Source: Macrostomum lignano
Lineage: Eukaryota
Length of the DNA: 64,000 bases
NCBI GenBank assembly: GCA_002269645.1
Contig: NIVC01002844.1
Coordinates: 23,589 to 87,588 of the forward strand
Direction of reading: 5' to 3'
The notes beneath the pieces are model-generated. The model did no database searches. It was not told where the DNA came from and saw only the letters and a program-made list of their open reading frames with translations. This document shows, piece by piece, positions 35,193-64,000 of this stretch (the stretch's first letter is position 1; every line of letters begins with the position of its first letter). The translations under genes were made by a program, and so were the position numbers.

Positions 35193-35554
35193 CACCACCT
35201 GGCAGCACCTGGCCTCGATCTGCCCAGTTTTCACCGCATGTTCTACTAATCTCTACTCTGCAATGTCATATCGATACTACTGACTCATCGAACTAAGTAG
35301 TAGTAAGTGCAATTCCTAGCTGCAGTTCAGCGGCCGCAATGGGTCAATTAAAGCCCAGAGGCTGCAGGCATTTTTGCCGTGTTTAAAGCAATGACTTTGT
35401 CTTGTAACTTGATTTTTTAGTCCAACTGTGTGCTGTTCTGCATTAGAAACATTTTTAATTAACCGTCTGCATCCTCCTGTGCAGATGCTGGCTGGACAGC
35501 TTCCAGCCTCAGAAAGCATTGATTTTAGCTGAGGAACAGCTGAGATCCCCTGCC

Positions 35555-35968
35555 CTTCAGTGACCTGCTGCTAATCATTCAGTGAGCTGCTCATCCTTCA
35601 GTGAGCGGCTGCTGATTTTTCAGTGAGCTGCTCATCCTTCAGTGAGCGGCTGCTAATCTTTCAGTGAGCTGCTGCTGATCCTTCAGTGAGCTGCTGCTGA
35701 TCCTTCAGTGAGCTGCTGATCCTTCAGTGAGCTGCTGCTGATCCTTCAGTGAGCTGCTGATCCTTCAGTGAGCTGCTGCTGATCCTTCAGTGAGCTGCTG
35801 ATCCTTCAGTGAGCTGCTGCTGATCCTTCAGTGAGCTGCTGATCCTTCAGTGAGCTGCTGCTGATCCTTCAGTGAGCTGCTCATCCTTCAGTGAGCTGCT
35901 CATCCTTCAGTGAGCTGCTCATCCTTCAGTGAGCTGCTCATCCTTCAGTGAGCTGCTGATCCTTCAGT
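35555..35968. repeat. 19-22-bp minisatellite
   Basis: Unit gatccttcagtgagctgct(gct). Confidence 0.95.
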
Positions 35969-36417
35969 TATAAAAACGCTAACATGCGGGAATATCCAGC
36001 TAAGCTAGTGAGTACCGCGCAGCGAGCTCATTAGTGGTTTTTGGTGCCTGTGATGCCTGCAACTGCTGTTTTTTCTTTCTCCATACTAATAATATCATCT
36101 AATTGCTATTATCGATATTGCTATAGTGTTTCCGCTTTCGCATTTCCCTTGTTTTGCCTTCACGGACCAGATCAAAACTTCTGTGTTGTATGCGGTTTTT
36201 AATACTCGGCTCTTCCTTCAATGCAAGCCCCAAGTGCGCTGCTCTCAAGTATTCTCTGCAATACACAGCTTTTGAGTTCAATATAGATGCTGATTTGTAC
36301 ACACAGTGCAAGCCGTCGTTACCCAAGCTCGTCTACTTTGCTGACAGTTTTTCATTCATTTTTGTTTAATCCGAGCCTTTCTGCGAAATGCCTGTTGCCC
36401 AGCTTCATCTGCGAGTG

Positions 36418-36918
36418 CAAGGTGTTTATCCACCCGAATGCCTGTTATCTCTGCCGAGTGCGGGGTGTTTATCCACCCGAATGCCTGTTATCTCTGCCGA
36501 GTGCGGGGTGTTTATCCACCCGAATGCCTGTTATCTCTGCCGAGTGCGGGGTGTTTATCCACCCGAATGCCTGTTATCTCTGCCGAGTGCGGAGTGTTTG
36601 TCCACCCGAATGCCTGTTATCTCTGCCGAGTGCGGGGTGTTTATCCACCCGAATGCCTGTTATCTCTGCCGAGTGCGGGGTGTTTATCCACCCGAATGCC
36701 TGTTATCTCTGCCGAGTGCGGGGTGTTTATCCACCCGAATGCCTGTTATCTCTGCCGAGTGCGGGGTGTTTATCCACCCGAATGCCTGTTATCTCTGCCG
36801 GGTGCGGAGTGTTTGTCCACCCGAATGCCTGTTATCTCTGCCGAGTGCGGAGTGTTTGTCCACCCGAATGCCTGTTATCTCTGCCGAGTGCGGAGTGTTT
36901 GTCCACCCGAATGCCTGT
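36418..36918. repeat. 43-bp tandem repeat, about 11 copies
   Basis: Unit ggtgtttatccacccgaatgcctgttatctctgccgagtgcgg. Confidence 0.95.
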
Positions 36919-37634
36919 AGCCCAGCTGCATCTCCGCTCCGCATGCGCAGTTGCCCATATTGATAATGCTGATGGCAGATCCTCATTCAGATTGTTTATC
37001 TCTCTCCGCTCGTGTTGCTTCTCGAATCTCCGCTAAGCTCTTCCGTGCTTTTTTTAAATGCTCTGATTTTTCACACATTTTAGCATTAACAACAAATATA
37101 TTCGTATAATATATACTATACTCATTTTACTGCTAATACTGCTTGGCTCTTTATACCTGCAGACTTTGCGTGTGCTGAACTGGTGAGCTGATCTGCTTTA
37201 ATCTTCACTGATGGGCTGTGGGTGACGGACCTCACCAATAACGCGTCTACTTCATTTAAGTACAAAGAAAGTTGCATAGCAGGAGTTAGTAAATTCATAA
37301 TTATTGTATATATTTGTATTGGAAATACAGGTGCAATTCAATCTACTAATGAATTAATTCATCTAGGGAGTACACATGGTAATAACTTTGGTGAGCGACT
37401 GCAGCTGTACAGGCAGAACTTCGGTGGGACAGTCGGGCATTTACAAACAGGAGCAGCTGATTGACATTGAACTCACAAAATCTTTTGCTTATTATTGAAT
37501 AGCTCTGGCTGTCGGGGCCTCTGAACACGACTATCCTGCAGTGAGAAAACTGTTGCCAATGCAACCAGAGTCTAGCATTAAACGGCTCTGAATATGTGCT
37601 TTTTACTAATATCTTGATGTGGAACTGCCCTCTA

Positions 37635-38310
37635 GGGTGAACGGGCAAGGTCTCTAAATATGAAGCTGGCCTCCAAGGGGCGGGCAAGATCTCTAGATGT
37701 GAAGCTGGCCTCCAAGGGGCGGGCAAGGTCTCTAGATGTGAAGCTGGCCTCCAAGGGGCGGGCAAACGGGGGGCCGTAGCCCAGCGGTAGCGCAGCTGCT
37801 CTGGTGTGCCAGCGACCCAGGCTCAATTCCAAGTGCAGTCACATTAATTTGGGGCTGAATTGGAATCTCGGCTTGGCTCTGCTCGTGCAATTAACGGTCT
37901 TGAGAGCCAACCCCCCCCCCAAGGCGCAGTGAAGTGTACATGCCTAACGATAAAATAAAGTTAGGGCCGCTGTACACTCCTGTGTGAGTGTGTGCCTGCG
38001 TACGTATCCGCGCGCTTGTGTGCCTGCTAAGGGGAGTCGGCGGAATGGGCAGTAATGCTTCTCGCCGGTTGTGTGCCTATGTCGCTTAAAGTGCGCCAGG
38101 GTGCACACAACCCCCTGCCTCTAATAAAAAAAGGGGCGGGCAAGGTCTCTAGATGTGAAGCTGGCCTCCAAGGGGCGGGAAAGATCTCTAGATGTGGACG
38201 CTCTCCTCCAAGGGGCGGGAAAGATCTCTAGATGTGAAGCTGACCTCCAAGAGGCGGGCAAGGTCTCTAGATGTGAAGCTGGCCTCCAAGGTCTCTAGAT
38301 GTGGACGCTG
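37635..38310. repeat. 39-bp tandem repeat split by a SINE insertion
   Basis: Unit aaggggcgggcaaggtctctagatgtgaagctggcctcc at 37635-37765, resuming at 38131. Confidence 0.85.
37766..38130 (+). mobile_element. tRNA-derived SINE, copy 1, with 13-bp TSD
   Basis: Head ggggccgtagcccagcgg (A-box-like) ... ggctcaattcc (B-box-like), A-rich tail aataaaaaaa. TSD aaggggcgggcaa at 37753-37765 and 38131-38143. Confidence 0.85.
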
Positions 38311-38751
38311 GCCTCGACCACCGCGCTGCCGCAGTCGAATGTGGACGTGACGGCACCGACGGACGCGAAGGAGTCCGGCGTCACTGCGGCAAGTGGCGGC
38401 CTTCGCTTAGGCCGGCTCAGCCTCAAGCAGCTGTGGCGGCCTGTCGAGGGACTCGGGCCGGTCGCCGCCTGTCCGGCTGAGGTACTCGCTTCCCGGAGCT
38501 CGTCGACGCCTTCGCTTTGAGTTACCCTGGCCAGGCTGTCCGGCCGACGCCGCCGCCGCCACAGCCCGTGTCGCTGCAGGAGAAGCCGTAGCCGGCCAGC
38601 CGCCGAGCCTGAAGTTTTTCGGTCATACAGGGTGAAGTCAGGTGAACCCGGAGCCACATGGCTGAGCAACCTGGAGAAGCACGCGGTCCCCGCTTTATCC
38701 AGTTGCTACACAAACTCTTGGGCTCCGAAGCCAGCTTGACAAAGTGCAGCA

Positions 38752-39854
38752 CAGGGACAACTAAAACTACCGGCACGCGAAACAAGCCAAATCATGGTGA
38801 AAAAGTTGGGGGCTCGTTTGAAAGCAGTTCTATGGCCGTTCCAACTACAACTCTGCAGTCTAAAGAGGTGTGAGGCCAAATAAAACGCCCTCAACTCTTG
38901 TGCGACTGGAAAATGTCGAGAAAGTGCAGCGTCTTTAACTGCAGATCAAACTATAACTCAGAAGAAAGCCGAACAAAAATATTAGCTCTTCCTTGAGATG
39001 CACGAGAACGGGAGCGTTGGAGACAAACCCTAACAAATATTTTTGAGGTAAGAAGGATGTTAGTTCTAAGCGATCATACGCTGGTATTGCGTGGATGGCA
39101 GTATGAGTCGTCGGCTAACGAGTGTTTATTTTAAAGGCCTGGTAAAGCGCTCAACGAAGGTTGCACCTGCGCCGACTACATCGCACGACAGAAAGCTACG
39201 CAAACTGGGAGGCCAGTGAATTTGCGGTATAGTTTTTAGCATTCTGTCTTTGGAGTTTCAAATTTTCCAATCCGAAATCTTTCATATCTAGCTGCTCCTC
39301 ATCTGGGTTCCTCCTAAAATTCGTTCTGTTTAGTCCTGATTTTCTGTGTTCTATTCTACGAGTACGAGTTGCCTTGTACTTTTGTACACACACTATTTCA
39401 TGCTTTTAAACTTTTTTTTCTCTTGTGCTTATCTCACATGCTTAAATAAATGTAATTTTCGCTTAGTACCCCAGTTTTTCCTATACAGTATACAGGTCCC
39501 CGTATAAGTTCCTCCTCAAATAAGTTATGTTTAGTTCCGTTCCACAATATATACGCCATGCTAAGTTTAATCCTTTTCTTCGTGAATATCTTGCGTGTCT
39601 AATTGTATGTCATTTTGCTCTGTACGGCCGTTTTTTAGTACTCAAAAAAACATATTTAAAACTGAATAAAAAAACTTTAAGACAACTTACTGAGCCTTTT
39701 AAAGCAAAACTAATACTGTGGCCTTAGTCTTTTCAGCAGCTAAGCTAAGCATTTAATGCATGCAAAATCGGGCGCCCATAGACTCAAACGAGCCCCCAGC
39801 TTTTTTCGCCATGATTTGGCTTGTTTCGCGTCCCGGTAGTTTAATTTGTCCGTG
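38752..39854. mobile_element. Non-autonomous DNA transposon, 1.1 kb, with about 70-bp TIRs and 9-bp TSD (Mutator-like by TSD length)
   Basis: Left cagggacaactaaaactaccggcacgcgaaacaagccaaatcatggtgaaaaagttgggggctcgtttga is the near reverse complement of 39785-39854. TSD agtgcagca at 38743-38751 and 39855-39863. No transposase ORF inside. Confidence 0.85.
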
Positions 39855-40643
39855 AGTGCAGCACGAATCACCGCAGAACTTGGCAACTTGCGCTAGCTGG
39901 GTCAATGTTTTTGTGTGTTAGTCATTGGCTTGGTTTGGTTAGTGATTTGTATTTTCGCTTTGCGACAATTAGAGCGGTAAAATAGTTTTGCAGTGCTTCG
40001 CGGCGTGACATGATGGATTAGTAATTAGCACCAGATTAGAGATCCACTCTGTTCCTTTAATGACTAAATTAGAAATCCATTATGTTCCTCCGATGACTAA
40101 ATTAGCAATCCATTATGTTCATTGACTGTTCACCTGCAGTTTAAGACCGATCGCATCAAACCCTCCTCTATTTTATAACCCTATCAGGCGACTTTAGCAG
40201 TCACGTGACTGCTGGTCTTCTCCAAAACTTACGGGTTGCAGAGCGCCTCCCTCCAGACTCGACCGTCTCTCGACTGTCCCGGATGGCGAGTTGATAAAGA
40301 TGCGGGGTCTCCGGGGTGAAAAGATGGGCTGGGGACCTGCTAGTCCGGGATTTGCGGGAAGAACGCACTGGGAATCAGGTTCTGAGTTCTCTTCCAGCCG
40401 ACTCTAAGCTTTTATCCCAGGGTGGCTTAAGACTTTCGGGAAAGTTAGCTGTCAGCGCGGGTTAGTCAGTTGTTATTGGTGACAACGAAGGTGCGTCGGG
40501 TGTGAAGGCCTCCGCTTGAGAAGCTCCCGTGAGGTGCTGGGTGAGTCAGTGCGGGGCAGCAGCTGCCTTGGTGCTCAGTGCTGATGAGGCCGCTTAGCCA
40601 CAGGCTGCGGCCCCGCTCGCCACGGCGCCGGGGTCGAGGCAGG

Positions 40644-63642
<22,999 letters not shown>

Positions 63643-64000
63643 CTGCGGAGCGTCGGGGGGGGGCGTGACTTTATGCCAGAAGAGCATCAGAAATCAATCA
63701 ATGTCAAAACGAGACACAAATAACTCCCACATTACCATGTGAAATCCCCTTCACCCCTGCCATTCCCAGCTGAACCGCTGATGCTCCACATCACCCACTG
63801 CTGCCATTGCATCTATGGATTGGGAAATTATTCCGAATTTCGCCGCTTTTCGCCACTCATTTTTGCTTAAATTGAGGGCATTTCAATCACGCCGGTGAAA
63901 TCCTGGCTCGGCATTTGCCCGGCAAGAATGCACTGCACCGGCGCTCCGGAATGCTCGCCTCCCCTTGGCTGGCTGACAGCAGGGGGGGGGGGCAAATTAA

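Overview
Eukaryotic, intron-rich animal genomic DNA with GC-rich exons and AT-rich or minisatellite-filled introns. The style suggests a flatworm such as Macrostomum, but that is inference only. From left to right: (1) the 3' end of a dynamin/Mx-like GTPase gene; (2) two single-exon PAN/apple + C-type lectin paralogs on the - strand, flanking a minisatellite/TTAGGG composite; (3) a two-exon S1 serine protease; (4) an unknown intronless ORF and a 77-aa single-pass membrane ORF; (5) a TSP1 + Caspr-type fibrinogen-like gene with no 5' end found; (6) a degenerate 5'-truncated RT+RNase H non-LTR retrotransposon; (7) a complete Bicaudal-D gene, with a candidate 24-nt microexon and a candidate alternative C-terminus; (8) most of a GABA-B receptor 2-like class C GPCR gene on the - strand, running off the right edge. 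Also present are a Buster-type hAT MITE with an 8-bp TSD, a 1.1-kb TIR element with a 9-bp TSD, two copies of a tRNA-derived SINE and more than 25 different tandem arrays. Most long ORFs in the supplied track beyond 25 kb are translations of these arrays. All splice models and family calls were made by eye, from memory of family motifs, without database searches.
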